From Botryllus schlosseri (lineage: Eukaryota), in NCBI GenBank assembly GCA_051294905.1, contig CM119371.1, positions 24,306,001 through 24,370,000 on the forward strand: a stretch of 64,000 nucleotides of DNA, in the 5' to 3' direction. A program made the position numbers and the translations under genes. Below, one piece after another: positions 12,698-26,300 of the stretch; the first letter of the stretch is position 1; every line of letters starts with the position of its first letter. The notes beneath the pieces are model-generated. The model did not search any database. It was not told where the DNA came from and worked only from the letters and a program-made list of their open reading frames with translations.

Positions 12698-13354
12698 CTT
12701 CTCAACCTTTTACACCCCACGGACCGGTAAAATTTCAAAAAATATATGGCGGACCGGTTGTCCATCAAAAATTGAAATCAAAGCAAAATGTCTATTATGA
12801 AACCGTTTTCGTACGTATGGTACCAGAGCAGTGGTTCTCAAACTTCTTTAGACTCATTTATGATAGTGAAAAAATTCGCTCCCCCTTTTCGTCATATCAC
12901 AAAATGCAACTGGAATACTTGCAATCCGAGGCATGGTTATGACCGTTGATGAGAGAATTATAAAATATGAAATTAAGACTATACACAGAGTAATACCAAT
13001 GAATTGGTGGGAATCGCGCGGAGCAGGCTAAAAGTAATCGCATTTCCGATTCAGTTAATGAAACCTTTTGTTTTAGTTCACACATTAGTATTCAAACTAG
13101 GTTTTATGTTTTAAATTCCAGGCTACTTTTCACGGGCCAGTCAGAATCGTATCGCAGGCCGCACATTGCTCAGGTTTGCGTTAAATCGAACATGCTTCCA
13201 GGCCTAATGTTACCTCGCGAAGTTCTTATCATGTTTAAATTTAATGCTTTATTCATTTCATCAATTGACAAGCCTTCAACATTTTGAATCTTGAAATGAA
13301 ATACGTGGTGGACAGGCAGCGAAGTCGTCGCGGACCGGCGGTTGAGAACCACTG
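12698..13354. mobile_element. hAT (Charlie-type) MITE with a nested fragment starting at 12829
   Basis: TTCTCAACC ... GGTTGAGAACCACTG with a damaged left end; flanks ATCTAGAC / ATCTAGAG. Confidence 0.65.
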
Positions 13355-14839
13355 ATCTAGAGGGTGCTACGATCGAACGCATCAAATACGTGTAAAAAAC
13401 GGATAAACTTTCTGCTTAATATATCCGTAATGAAAACAACTATGCCACGTTAAGAAACCAAATTCAAATTTTTTGTAGTACAACGTCCACTGAATAGTTT
13501 TAATTCGGGATTCATGACATATTACGACTATCTAATTGGCGATTCAAAATAGTTTCATCCTCATCTAAATGCACACGTAAAGCCGTGAATTTCCAACCCA
13601 ATCGTCAGTCTATATGAAAGTATTTTATGGTGCTGACCAGACATGGGGTGATTACTTCATGAATGTAATCGATTGCGATTACGATTACTTCTGAATGACG
13701 CGATTACGATTACGATTACAGCAAAATCAGGAAGTAGTCGATTACGATTACGATTACATTCGAAAAGTAATCACGATTACCCACGATTACATTTATTTTG
13801 CATCTTAGAAGCTATGTTGGAAGACAATATATGGATTGCGCTGAAGAGGCCTAATGTAATGAGATAACGAACTCCCTTTAAAAAAGATGCGTCATTCGTT
13901 TGTTACGTCATAATGTATCCATTGCCCATTTTCATAGAGGTCAATTTATCGCGCCCAACGATTTGCATTCTTGCCAGGGCCATAACTGCCGCACCCCAAA
14001 TTTCCCAATAGGATGGAGAAAGAGATCGAATGGGACTCAAAAAGTATTTCGCAAACCAACATAAGTTATAGAGTATTTTCGAGAGATCTAATTAACTTGA
14101 AAATCCTCTCTAGATCAATGATTGCCAACCGCGGGTCCGAGAGCTGCATGCGGCTCTCAGCTAGCCAACTTGCGGCTCCCCTTGACGTTGGAAATCCGAC
14201 AAAAATATTAAAAAATCAATCTATAACAAAAAAAATTGATATTCAAAAATTTCACGTGCTTTGGTTGGAATCTGGAGTTTATAATTTAGGTGAAGACCAA
14301 TTCCTTTGGTGTCGAGTAGCGATTCTCTACTCAGCAACGATTTCGTTACTCAACTCACGTCAAAAAGTATGCTCGCACTCAAATGCGTCTGGATCGGCAC
14401 TCAAATTTAAGTCTGCTCATCACCAGACTTAATTAAGTGCAGGTAGTGTTACAACATGTTTTACAACGCTATCTAACCAGCAAACCAATGGATTATTTGA
14501 CTTGATTGTTAAGTTCAACGGCCGCATTGAATGAATGCTTTTTAACCATGATGAAATGTTTTCAAGTCATATTGCAGTTAATGTGGCCACTGACCCTATA
14601 GTAATTTACAACTTGAGTTGCTAGACATGCAGTCAGATATAAAGACATGACAATTTGTTTATGCGTCTCACGAAAAGTTTTTCTTTTAGTCTGCTACGTT
14701 TGAGCCACTACAATATCTTTTGATTATATAACAAACTGGAGGTCACGAATTAAGAACATACACTAAAGTAATTATAACAAGAAACCAGAGGTCATAATTA
14801 TGAATTACTTTGCCCCAGCTCTACAGGTAGGTAATTGTG

Positions 14840-15010
14840 TGGAGGTTTATCTAGGCTCTTCCTCGCCGCCTCGCCGCGGTGTCTTACAACATGCTTAGAA
14901 GTCGGCCGTGCTACAAGTTGGCAGATAAGGAATCGAAAATACATAAAATCGGCCTGGTGTAAATGTCTGTGGTAGTCGACAAACACCATGATTACCTCAA
15001 ACAAATAAAG
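14840..15010 (+). mobile_element. tRNA-derived SINE, 3' part
   Basis: GGTTTATCTAGGCT..GCGGTGTCTTACAA..GGCCTGGTGTAAATG..GTAGTCGACAAACACCATGATTACC. Confidence 0.75.
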
Positions 15011-15406
15011 TCTACAGGTATATCTGACCATCGCGGACTGAGATAGGATCAAAAATTAAATGTAATATATTGCAATTACTAAATTTCTTGACGAAATTCA
15101 GTCTTCAACTTGAGATTACCACCCTACGGGGGCCAAAGACCAACGTTTGGACTGGGGGACGAATTGCTGTTTTGGTCCTGGTTCCAGCTACAACCCACGC
15201 TAACGTGAAATATAAGCCCATGGCCATGGCGGCAGGTCCCTATGTTGAATAAAGAATTATGAAATAACGATAGGCGCCCGTTTCAAGTAGAATCATATGA
15301 GAATAAGACGAAGCGAACATAAAATTTTGCCTTCAACTTAATACAGATATTGTACTGCAAGCTGCCGTTACGGGAAATGGCAAAACGGCTCGCTTATGAT
15401 ATATAT

Positions 15407-16391
15407 TAGGGATGGTGTGACGTGAGGTTCACGTTCGCGTACTGTGTGTGAACCTCAGAAATTTAGAGGTTCGCGGTCACAAACGAACCTTGGTAGGTTC
15501 TGCACTGTGAACATTTTTCAGATATTATAATTTTCACGTCATTATAACATCTTTGGTTGAAATTTATTACATTTCAACTACGGACCACTCTATGCAGGGC
15601 GCTGGCAGCATAAAAATCAACATTAAACGAGCATGCACCTTGACAATCTCAAAAATTTTACTTGCTTCGTTACAAAAGTTTGCTCGAAATATCCAACTTT
15701 CCGTTTGTGAATACTTAGTTACTCTCTGCTGTGAGCTTGACCCGCAATCGTACAACATCTAGCTAGAGCGAAATACACTACATGTAGGTAGTCAGCAAAT
15801 GATCCTTAACCACTCAATCAATGAAATTGATACCGTTGTCTGATGTAAAAAATCTAGCAAGCGATTTGTTATGTTTATTGTATCATAGAAACCAAATCCT
15901 TGCGATTGAGGTGTGGCTACTGCTGTATAACTTGTCAATGGAGTAATATCGGTAGCAAATATCGAAAACCGTTTTACACTCAGCTCAATATCAACGTAGC
16001 AACACTCAGACGCCGAATACATTGTCCGGTCTGGCCTAGACCAGGCGTAAGCTTATATTCCCTTGCAAGTCCTCGTCGAAATTGTTGGCAAAGCGACGGA
16101 AGATATTGATGTTATGGGGTTATTATATCATTTGATTGCCCAGTCGATACATTTGGCGACGTTTAAAAAGTCAGTATGTACAGCATTGTGGCATTATGTG
16201 GCCCGAGTCGTCGCTAGGTATCGTGTATAGTAGGCCTACAATAATATATCACTTCACTGAAATGTAGAATTCGAATTAGCAATATGACGTCACGTGACGT
16301 CACGAGGTTCACGTTCACGTTCACACAGTACCTTTCAAAAAGGTTCGCGTTCACACGAACCTGAACCATTCAGAGGTTCACACCATCCCTA
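15407..16391. mobile_element. hAT MITE
   Basis: 14-bp TIR TAGGGATGGTGTGA / TCACACCATCCCTA in an (AT)n target; GGTTCAC/GAACC subterminal motifs. Confidence 0.85.
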
Positions 16392-17610
16392 AATATATAT
16401 CACCAGCTGTTGATTTTTACTGTTTCGTTGTGGAGACCGCAATGTTTTATTTGACGAGTACAAAATTTCAAATCTTTGTCCGGTGTACGTACGTACTGGA
16501 TAGGCCTACTGCTCGCCAAGCAGCAACGGTCAAACTGCGTTTAACTAAGCATAAGCATAACCATACATCAACACATAAGTTACTATTTTAAACTATAGTC
16601 AGAGCGGAGATAAATGATACTGCTGCGAGGTAGGGGCGTGTGGAAAGCGTTGATAACCTGATATACAGCACGACGGGTGTTCTTACAATCAGACTAATGG
16701 ACGACGTAGGTACATCGAATATCTATTATACTGTGGATACTTCTTACACAATGACGCGCAAAGCTAATAGGCTGCTTCTGACGTAATAATGAGCAGTGGC
16801 GTTCGAAAATCAGACATTTGTGCTGTCACGAACCTGGTATAACATCTTTTCCTTATTCACGAATGTTCAGTTTATGTCATAGTCCTCGTACAAATAAAAA
16901 GTAATCGTTCTTTCACAGAGAAATCGATTAGATATGGGAAGTAGTCGATTACGACTACGATTACTTCGGAATTTTTTCGAATGTAATCGATTGCGATTAC
17001 GATTACTTGAAAACGCTGTAATCGTCGTAATCGATTACGATTACTAATCACGATTACCCCATGTCTGGTGCTGACCCGATACGTATGCGGGATATTTAAC
17101 CATGACAAACATGCATCATGGTCCGGTTTTATTGCAAACAGTTCACAATGGGGACTGGGTATTTTCCGGTCCTTCAAAACTGTCTGATTTGTGTTTTAAC
17201 ATACTTTTACTCTTTCGTTGTATAGTTACTGTGATACCATAACTTTACTCTGCTTTACAAGAGCCATCGTAAACCCTATGCTAATTCTGCCGTTTCCATG
17301 ACATGCATTTTCCTGTTCGATTACATATTGTGTCTTGTTTATATTACTTGATCTGTCTGGCATTTTACATCTGAATACAATTCTTTCACGTACAATTTGT
17401 TTCAATAGAGTCGCATATAAAAGATGTTCGCATAATTTTGTGTCCATGTTATTTAGAGTTTAGCTTGTACGGTCAGTTGCGTCTGTCAGGTAGAGATTTC
17501 GTCGAAGATATAGTCAGCGTTGGTACTACAATAGAATTCGTCTTGATGCCGTAAACGTGTACACTTAATAGTAATAGAACTAGCGATATTGAAGTGGATA
17601 TTGCCTACAA

Positions 17611-18135
17611 CAGGGGTCAGCAAGATTTTCGCAACCAAGGGCTACTTCTTGGATACTGATTGAAGCGACGGGCTACCATTTACTCCCGTCGTTTACCCGT
17701 ACTAGACCCAATTTCCTTGATATTCGTAATATTGGGCACGAATCACGTTGTGGTAAAACTTCTTAATTCAAAACATCTCATTTCAACTAGCTAGCCACCA
17801 AGATTTTTTAAAGAAATCATGAATTACGTCGCACCATGTTTGTATAAATTATACAACAACAGTCAAATCAAATTTTAAAATAAATCATGTCACACTTTAT
17901 ACTGGACATCATGTTATCTATATCAGTCACTGGGATGCCTGGAATTGTAAGCTATTAACTGGTGCACTGAACTCCGGTATTCAACTTGACACTGCAACTC
18001 TGGGTGAATGTTCCAGATTTGCATTAGTGAGGCGTTTTCTGTGTTTCTTTTTGTTGAAGGTCATTTCCGAAAAGGCTGATTCACAACGGTAAGTTGAACC
18101 AAACACGGTTGAAACCTTCATAGCTGCTGCTGTAC
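17611..18135 (-). mobile_element. End of a Charlie/Buster-type hAT with transposase C-terminal relic
   Basis: Terminus CAGGGGTCAGCAA; minus strand ~18130-17925 reads MKVSTVFGSTYRCESAFSEMTFNKKKHRKRLT. Confidence 0.75.
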
Positions 18136-19324
18136 TTTTCCGTGTCAACAATAGAGGCCGACCGATTATCGACCTGACCGATTATCGAGGCCGATATTTG
18201 GAACTTTTCCAATTATCGATATCGGTCTAGAAGGCGATCTCACCAAGCCTCACACTGTTCGCAAGCCGGAATAAGATTTTAAGTATTCCAAAAAAACTTT
18301 TAATGTCTTAATATAAACACGGTGATTGAAGAGATTGTTTGGAATTATTATGAAAAAATATATTATTGTGTTTTGATAATTTACTGTCATTTTCTCATTA
18401 CCTAATATCCACTGAGCAATATTTATTAACTATGTAATTCACAGCTTTCAATTTGCAAATTAAATTAATACGCTGGAGAATATAGCCGAACCTTTTGACT
18501 CAGCAAGACCTTTTTGACTAATCGACCCGTTATCAAGATTATCTTTGTCAGCGTCCCTGAATGCTATAGCCGTAGGTCGGGGTTCACCCACTTTTTTGAA
18601 CACAAGAGCTACTTTTTCGGAAATGATTAATGCGAAGAGCTATACAGGTTACCAGCGCTAGGTTGAATTTTTTCACTTATGTAGCTAGGATTGCACGCGG
18701 TACTAAAATGGGCAGGGATAATACGATCCAAGATATAGTGATCAAATTGATCAGAAATACATACAGCATATGGTGCAGACAGAAGCAATCAAGGGGATTT
18801 TGTCTCTGTCCACTTCTGCGATAGGACGATGTGACATCATATGTGCTGATCATGTCATAGAAACCCGATGACGTAACCTCACTCCTGACCTATCTCCTCC
18901 CTTTTCCCACATTTCGTACCTAGCAGAAGTTACTCATAGTCCTGTATTGTATGACTAAATGCCGGTTTATTTCTATATTGAAGCGCCTCAATTTCACCGC
19001 CCTCAAGCAGTTTTATAAGTATAACTTAAAGTTACTTGCTATTAATACAAATAATACACGCCTACGATTTTCTTTAATTAATGCGACAGTAAATGGTACT
19101 GCTATCAGGGCTCGTGAATAAATTTGCTATAGCTTTGCTAAATTCCGTAGTGTCCCATAGGACGGCATCATCAGTTATTTATAGCCTACATAGCAAGTAG
19201 GCTTACAAATGCTGTAAATTTGCGGTCGCAAATCCTTTCCATAAGGAAATCATGCCAGACTCCATCATATCGCTTCGAATACAACTAATACCTGGAGATA
19301 ACCGCCGCGCGCCTACACCTAGAG

Positions 19325-19590
19325 TTTGTTTGTTTTTGGGGTATTCATGGTGTTTGTCGACTACTATGGTCATTTACACCAGGCCGATATTCTTCTTATT
19401 TCCGTAACTGCCGACTTATAACACGGCCCACCTCTAGGCTTTTTGTAAGACACCGCTGACGCGGATGACGTGGCGAGGAGGAGCCTAGGTAAACCTCAAA
19501 CACTTAGGTATCGGAATTCGGAAGTCGACCTCGGTCGGACTCGAACCCGCATCCATTGGTGTTGCACCTACAGTGATTACTAGTTCCGGT
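19325..19590 (-). mobile_element. tRNA-derived SINE
   Basis: B-box GGTTCGAGTCC on the minus strand, family body, (CAAA)n tail. Confidence 0.8.
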
Positions 19591-20401
19591 CATGGCGATT
19601 TCTAATGGCAGCGCAATCTGGTCATTAGTGCAGCAAACGTGCGGTTGCATTGCTGTCTGGCGATTGATGGCATTTATTGTTATTATTCGACTACAACGGT
19701 CTTTCTCGTCGAATCGTCTGCAGATAACAATCGAACAGTTTACGAATTTGATCTGTTCATGTTTTATTCTTCGAACATTGAAGTGCATTAACTCGCAAAT
19801 AAGATTCCGCGCAACACTTCAAACGATGAAATGCCACATATAGACCTGCGATATTTCACCAAACGAAATTTAAATTTCAACCGTCACAAGATCTACCACA
19901 TTCAAAAAACGGCAATGTTCATTGTTCATTCATCTTTCGACGCAAACATTCGACGTAAAAGTTTCAAAATATGATTGGCATGTTTTTCGGCGCATTGTGA
20001 TAGGCGTTCCACTGTCTTTTCGGATGCAGTCATCCTTGAGCACAATGCATCTATGTCGTTTTCTATGTCTCGGACTTCGTCGTCTGCAACGTAATATTAT
20101 GAGCATAGTTTTCGTGTAAATGGCAGAATAACAACAATAAATGTGACATGCTCTATCTTTACACTAGCGCTTTTCGGACCGTTTACAAAAAAGTCCCCAT
20201 TGTAGTAAACGCGCCTTGCCCTTCCATCCCGGACAAAAAGTTGTTTCGTTTCGTTTCTCATAGCCTTTTTTATATTGAACCAATTCACAAGCAGCACCAT
20301 ACACATTATTTTGATGATCAATCTGATGAAATTCCAGGACAGAAACAAATGAATAATAAAATGCATTTAACCCAATTTATCGTACTTCGAGGTGGGTGAA
20401 G

Positions 20402-21339
20402 TACTGCGTTTCCATGCACGGCCGACTCTCTCTTTTTCGAGCTACTCGGCCGACGAGCGAGAAAATTTTTGTTACGCAGCACACCCACGTCGGCTTGGCC
20501 GTTCGGCCATGCTTACGCGATAACTTCGATCTGCTGATTGCTATTTGTTACGTAGGCCTACAACACACTTTTCGTATCAAATTAACCATGGCTGGCACTC
20601 CGAACAGATCTTGGATGCATTGCGAAACCGGGAATTTAATTATGATTGCAACGGAAGTTAGCTTTACCGGTACTACTGCGAATCGCCTCTACGCTTCCGA
20701 AATCTTCTTAGTGTTCACTGATCAGTTTACCTACGCTGCTGCCACAATTCGAGGGTTCGTTTTCTGTTGCATGGGTAAAAACCACGGTCTGACCACAGGG
20801 TCGGTGAGCTTACAAACTTATTTACAGTCCTCTGCTAGGCAAGTCATCGACAAGACACTCGGAGCCCATCTCTGAATCATGACGATGAAACAGTAGTACC
20901 GGTAGACTAGACAACGAGTTATTATCATGTGTTCAAAATTATCGGACCACGATATCCCATATCTGTATCGCCCAACTACTAAGACATGCCACTTAATTTT
21001 CATCTTTTTGCCGTCTTATTTTATCTTCTGATAGTTTTAATTAGGTGGTTCATGACCATTATGTTACGAGTTCAATTTAGGCCTACATGTTCCAAGTCAA
21101 AGCGGGTTTGGTTGAATGACCGCTACAAGCTGTCCCGGCGCATTCCTATCGAGTCATTTTATCGCAATCTTGTGATGTGGTGAAATAATTACTGAATAAG
21201 TAAGCCAAAAACGTCATCGCGAACGCTTCGGCCGCCTAGCTCGGCCAAGTCACGGTGGGATTACGCCTGGTCATGGAAACACGGGCGACATGTACAACGC
21301 ATGCGTCGTGGCCCTTCGGTCGTGCGTGGAAACGAAGTA
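20402..21339. mobile_element. Non-autonomous PIF/Harbinger-like element with a possible MADF relic
   Basis: Inverted ends TACTGCGTTTCCATGCACGGCCG / CGGTCGTGCGTGGAAACGAAGTA; minus strand ~20810-20735 reads PTLWSDRGFYPCNRKRTLELWQQ. Confidence 0.6.
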
Positions 21340-21570
21340 ATAGAGTGCATGCATACTTACCCTAAAGCAGACTTGGACAACTAGATCATTCTAGTTGCCT
21401 AATTTCCCTAATTTAGATCGAAATGTCCGTAATCTAATTTTAATCTAATTTTGGTACAAGTATACTAAGAACCCTACTCTACACGAAGAACACTGTTTGA
21501 AATTCGAGAGAATGGTTGTAAAAGAAGTGCATTATGACGAAGCATATAATTTATTGAAGTTTATTTGAAC

Positions 21571-21744
21571 TTATATGGAACAGGTGAACTTAACCCCACC
21601 AAAAATTGACGTGTAAGCGTAAAGAAAATGGTAGAATTGTAGTGTAGAGTAATCTGAACTTGAGGGTATTAATGTGGTGTACGTGTAAAAAGGATAATTG
21701 CTGGGAACAACCATAAATTGACAGAAGAATAATTCGTCGGCCAT
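21571..21744 (-). CDS. Candidate 57-aa aromatic-rich small ORF
   Basis: aaaATGG start context; MADELFFCQFMVVPSNYPFYTYTTLIPSSSDYSTLQFYHFLYAYTSIFGGVKFTCSI*; two AATAAA right after the stop. Confidence 0.25.
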   Translation of the reverse strand: MADELFFCQFMVVPSNYPFYTYTTLIPSSSDYSTLQFYHFLYAYTSIFGGVKFTCSI

Positions 21745-24700
21745 TTTGAATGAGTCGAAATATGAAATCGACGCCGCGGCTATAATCAGCGAACTGCGGC
21801 AACATTTTTAAATCTGGCCCGATAGAGTGAATATATCCGTTAAAGCTTGATGCGATGCGAATTCAGGAAGTTATAAGGAGTCGAATTTCATAATCTTTGC
21901 CATACGCTAAACTCGATACCAAAGAGATGCGATTATAATAAAGTACCTAGCCGGCCAAAGGCTCGTCACCAATGTTCCCTATAATTTTTCACGAGCCTGC
22001 GCAAATACGCCAACTCACTGCGCAGGCCCTTGGACAGCAGTGCGCAACCAGCCCCTAGAGAGTGATAAACAGAACTTCTGGGGGACTTCGCCCGCAAGAC
22101 TCACCTCAGGCTACACGCTTTTCACCGCTACTAATCAACTATGTCTGGTCTTCGTTTAGTGGGCGTTCCGACTAAACGCGCGAAGCGCCGAAAAATTTCT
22201 ATAGCTTAGGATCAAAACAGCCAATATCATCGGGAATTGCGTATATTGCTATCAATTTTAATCCGTTCTATGCTCACGTAATCACATTTACAGGTAAAGC
22301 TGATCGAGTGAGATGTGTTGGAAAAGGTAGGATCCCTAAATATAATAAATATCCTCGGGCGTACCCGTTGGCATAATGACTTCTTTACATCATGCTATTT
22401 TGTGACCTCCTATCTGATATGCCAAAAGATATTGAAATATGGACACAAGTAATTTTGATTCCACTATGACGATATGGTGACATATTGTGGGTTTACTACA
22501 AGACAGACATACATGCACGAGAACGCACTTGAAACCAAAACATGCGATCGATATAGGCCTACCGCGGTAAAACACTGATGTGACGTCTTAATACCGGCAA
22601 TGCGCTCGTCACTATCAAGACATACAGTCAGATATAATGATACGGATATTCAAGTCTGATTGAAAACGGGAACAAGATCAGTGACCTTATCGACAGAGGA
22701 TACCCGTTCAAACGGATCGAATAAAATCACAAATTTGTGCTGCTTAGAAGCTGATCTAATGCAACGCCGTACAGTGCTGCATTCCCCGATCAACGTTGGC
22801 AAAGGAATGAATATCTTCAACAATATTGGTGCTTGTACTTGCATGTTCTGCATATTGTACGATATCACCATAACGTGGTCAGATTCGCCCGATGGAAGTG
22901 ATGACTTCGAAAATTCGCGGCATGTAATTTTACAGTAAATCTTACAATATATTCATGCTACGCGGAGAAGAATATTCATTAGTTTCCCGCAGTTAATTTC
23001 GAGCTAGCCCATTGTTATTTATAACTTTGTTAAGCCATGTTATTTCGCCATTTCCACTAAGGATTGCGCTATTGATATGATGTCAGACAGTATCGCTGGA
23101 TTGAATGTTATGAAGCTTGCGTTGTACGCAACAAAATGGGCGGTCTATATCTACGTTACAGGGAACGGGTGCGAGTGCTAGATCAAGCCCATGTAATACC
23201 TGTACGGCCAGGGCCGGATCAAACTGGTACTGCACCCGGTCCAGGCTGGCTTATATCATAAAAATGGACCACTGATCACGCAACGGTCAATCTCACCGAC
23301 CCCAAATTAAAATGAGACAAAACGGCGTCATTATCAATAAAGTGCGAGTCGTGGTTTGATTATCACGCTTAGATTGGGTGCGCGATCTTCGAATTCTCTG
23401 TCGTATTGGAGGTGGGCTCCATTGCATGAATATCAGCTGATCTTCAGAAGTACTGACGTACAAATTAGCACGATCAAAGCCGCATACTGAGAATTATCAA
23501 GGATTAATTATGTGTGCGAAATAGGCCGTTGAGTTCTGATGTGCGTAAGCTTAGCTGGTTTGCTGGTCGGTTGCGTAACATGAAATAATGAGATTACCAT
23601 ATGGATAGGCCGCATAGTGGAAACCCGCGTGAACGTATCACTTTCCATGAAAACTCGACGACTATGCGGCCGACATAAGTATACAAGCGAAGATGTATCT
23701 GACGTGATACTGTACCTATACCAAAGTAATGAGACCTGTAGTTGTACTTTGTTGACCCTTTTAGAACACTGCATCTTTGCGAATATTCGGCGAAAGAAAA
23801 TATAAAGTTAATTCACAGCCGGCCAGGATTCGCCACCAAGACGATTGCAATCCAGGCTTTTAGTTACGCGGTAATTACAATACGGGTGTATCAAACAGCT
23901 ACGGCCCATGAGAACTACGCATAGCCTAAGAATTGCGCTGCGGCAGCAAGAAAATACACGACCTTTAGGATTGCTGTTGAAATTAGTCCAATAAATTCGC
24001 CTCAGGAAAATCAACGATTATTCGGAATTCTAGACTCGCACTAAATTCAGGTGATCAACGCCGTCGGTATATGATGCCGCATCTGTTTAACGCAACGCGC
24101 AAGAATATAGGTATTCTGATTTCACCTGTACATGGGAGATGTTCTAACGTAGGGGTGTGCAGCGATCGGGTGCGTATCTATGTGACAAAGGTCTTGCGAA
24201 ACTAACCCGTTCCACGCTGGGACACATGAAGACATTAAATTTTGTCCGACATACAGCTAGGGAAAGTCCGGTGCCAACAAGATCGGTGACGATAAAACCT
24301 CTGCCAAAATGACCGTCGCTGGTTGACTAAAACCTTCGACATTGCTATGTCCAATCGTCGGAATGCTCGGCGTGGGATTGGCTGTCGCGCGAATCCTGCG
24401 TTTGTTCAAGTAGTTTGAATTCAAGTAGAATAGCGGAGCGGACTGTTTCAGGCTAGGCGGCTTCACGGGTCGAATTTCAAACCGTCGGGATTCGCAATTC
24501 TGGGGAAATGAGATCGTGACAGTAGCGAGGATGCGCCATATGGTCACTGTATAATGAAACCCGCATGAACTCGCTGCGGCTTCCTGACTGAGCGCTTCGA
24601 GGACGGTCGTCCTAAGGTAACTGGAATATAATCCCGTACGGCCGAAATGATTTTATAATGGACTATATTGTATTAGTTCATTCCTTCGAGGCAAATCAAA

Positions 24701-26075
24701 AGGAATGTACCCCTTGCTTCAGTAACCAGAAAATGTCAACTGTAAGGCGATACTGTTCATCATGAAAACTGGGATGTTTCGTAAAACTGGGACGAATGCA
24801 AGTAATCTGATCTTAGCATTGCAACATTGATCTGACGTGAACCTTGGGCGCCGTTAGTGGTGCGAGCGAACAATCTCAAATGACATGATTTACGAATGGC
24901 GCTCGGTTCAGTTATACCCTGAGAATAGTGTAAGGAAAGACCCAGTTGTAGATAAACGATCCATGGGCTGGTTAGGCTTCAATGTAACGTTAAAAGAAGC
25001 CAATTGTTAAGATGTATGCTGTAGATTTGCATACCATGATCCAGTTTGTAATAAGCTCGGTTGCACTTTGTATGCGCATAGTGAAGCAACAGCGCCCGCT
25101 GGCGGCCTAAAGAAATAGGGGTGTTTTGATAAAAAGGGGGGCTAAATATGAATCTCAAAGTCGGCGCTTCAGCCGATTATGGGTCGACGGAGCTTAAGAC
25201 GTAAAGGGTATGCCTCTGGTGCCTAGAAAATACTCTGAGATCTCGGAGTTTTGGCTACGCTTCGCATGGGAATCCGAATTGAAGGATCCTTGTTGTTAGA
25301 CATTGTGGTGTGTGGGTTGCTGAGTAAGCTTGCGAAAGAAAACCTAAATAGGATACCTACTTTACAACCAAAAAGTAAAGTATTTCCCTGAGCGGGGAGA
25401 GGGTGATTGCAGCGAGCAAGGTACTGCACTGCAAGGCATTGTATTGACGCAAAACCAAAATGGCGGCCGCCTTTTCAAAAAAAAAGGGGACCGAAACTCC
25501 CGGACCATCAAATTGCGCACGAGTCATGGCTCGTGGTCATTAATAAAGCCGAAAACAGACCAGATCGCGCACGTAGTCAGGATACTCAATAGCTTTGGAG
25601 CAAAAGAACAATTGGTCAATGGTCCCAGCTAGAACACGAATAATTACTCATAAAAAATGTAGAAAGAAAATTACTTGCCACGAGCTAGGCCCGAAATTAA
25701 CTACCAGCTATTAAGTAGAGGAAGCCTTGTTTATTCTTTGAATCAGAAACCCATATAATCGGCCGCACAACACAGCCTAATTCAGTCCAATTCGGACTCC
25801 AACACGAAGCGGAGGAATTGAAGCTCAGACAGACCGCATCTACGCACGGACGAGGCTGGCATTGTTGCACCGAGGTTACGTCATCGAAGATCAGAGCGTA
25901 TGTAAATTTAAGTTTATTCAGTATTTGATTCAAGATAAATGACCAATTAATTTGTCCAACACCCAGTTGGCAAAGTGTAGGGACTTTGCATCATCATGCA
26001 ATCATGCATACTTCGAAAATTCAATTTGGCTTAAATGATGACTTGACGGTACTTGGCTGGGCTCGGGTCGAAATG

Positions 26076-26259
26076 TGTAATGTCTCAAGGGGACTCGTGA
26101 CTCGAAGGTAGTGGTTTGATCTCCACACTGTTCTGAGGTCACAAGAGTTTATGGTTATAGCTATTCTGGAACACAGTGCAACTGTATAAAAAGTGATAGT
26201 CGTTTTGAATTCAAATAAAGGAAACGCTGAAAGACAGAGAGGGTCCGAATTATATGACA
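26076..26259 (+). mobile_element. Possible solo LTR
   Basis: TGTAATGT...ATATGACA termini, internal TATAAAAA then AATAAA, flanks AATG / ATTG. Confidence 0.3.
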
Positions 26260-26300
26260 ATTGCTAAATAAAAGAAAAACTGACTTATGGATGATATCAG

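Larger units (their letters stand above)
13638..17067. mobile_element. Non-autonomous hAT element with (GATTAC)n subterminal arrays and nested insertions
   Basis: TIR CAGACATGGGGT / ACCCCATGTCTG; perfect TSD GTGCTGAC (13630-13637, 17068-17075). Confidence 0.9.

Noticed and set aside
13670..13790. (GATTAC)n, (AGTAGA)n and (ACTCCG)n arrays as CRISPR or telomeric repeats
   Set aside because: No repeat-spacer structure; they are subterminal arrays inside TSD-bounded hAT elements
19530..19590. tRNA genes at the A/B-box motifs (also ~50250, ~55045)
   Set aside because: No cloverleaf seen; each continues into the same SINE body
22390..22940. Merlin or other transposase for the 14-kb block
   Set aside because: No DDE/IS1016-type motifs in the frames I translated; stops present
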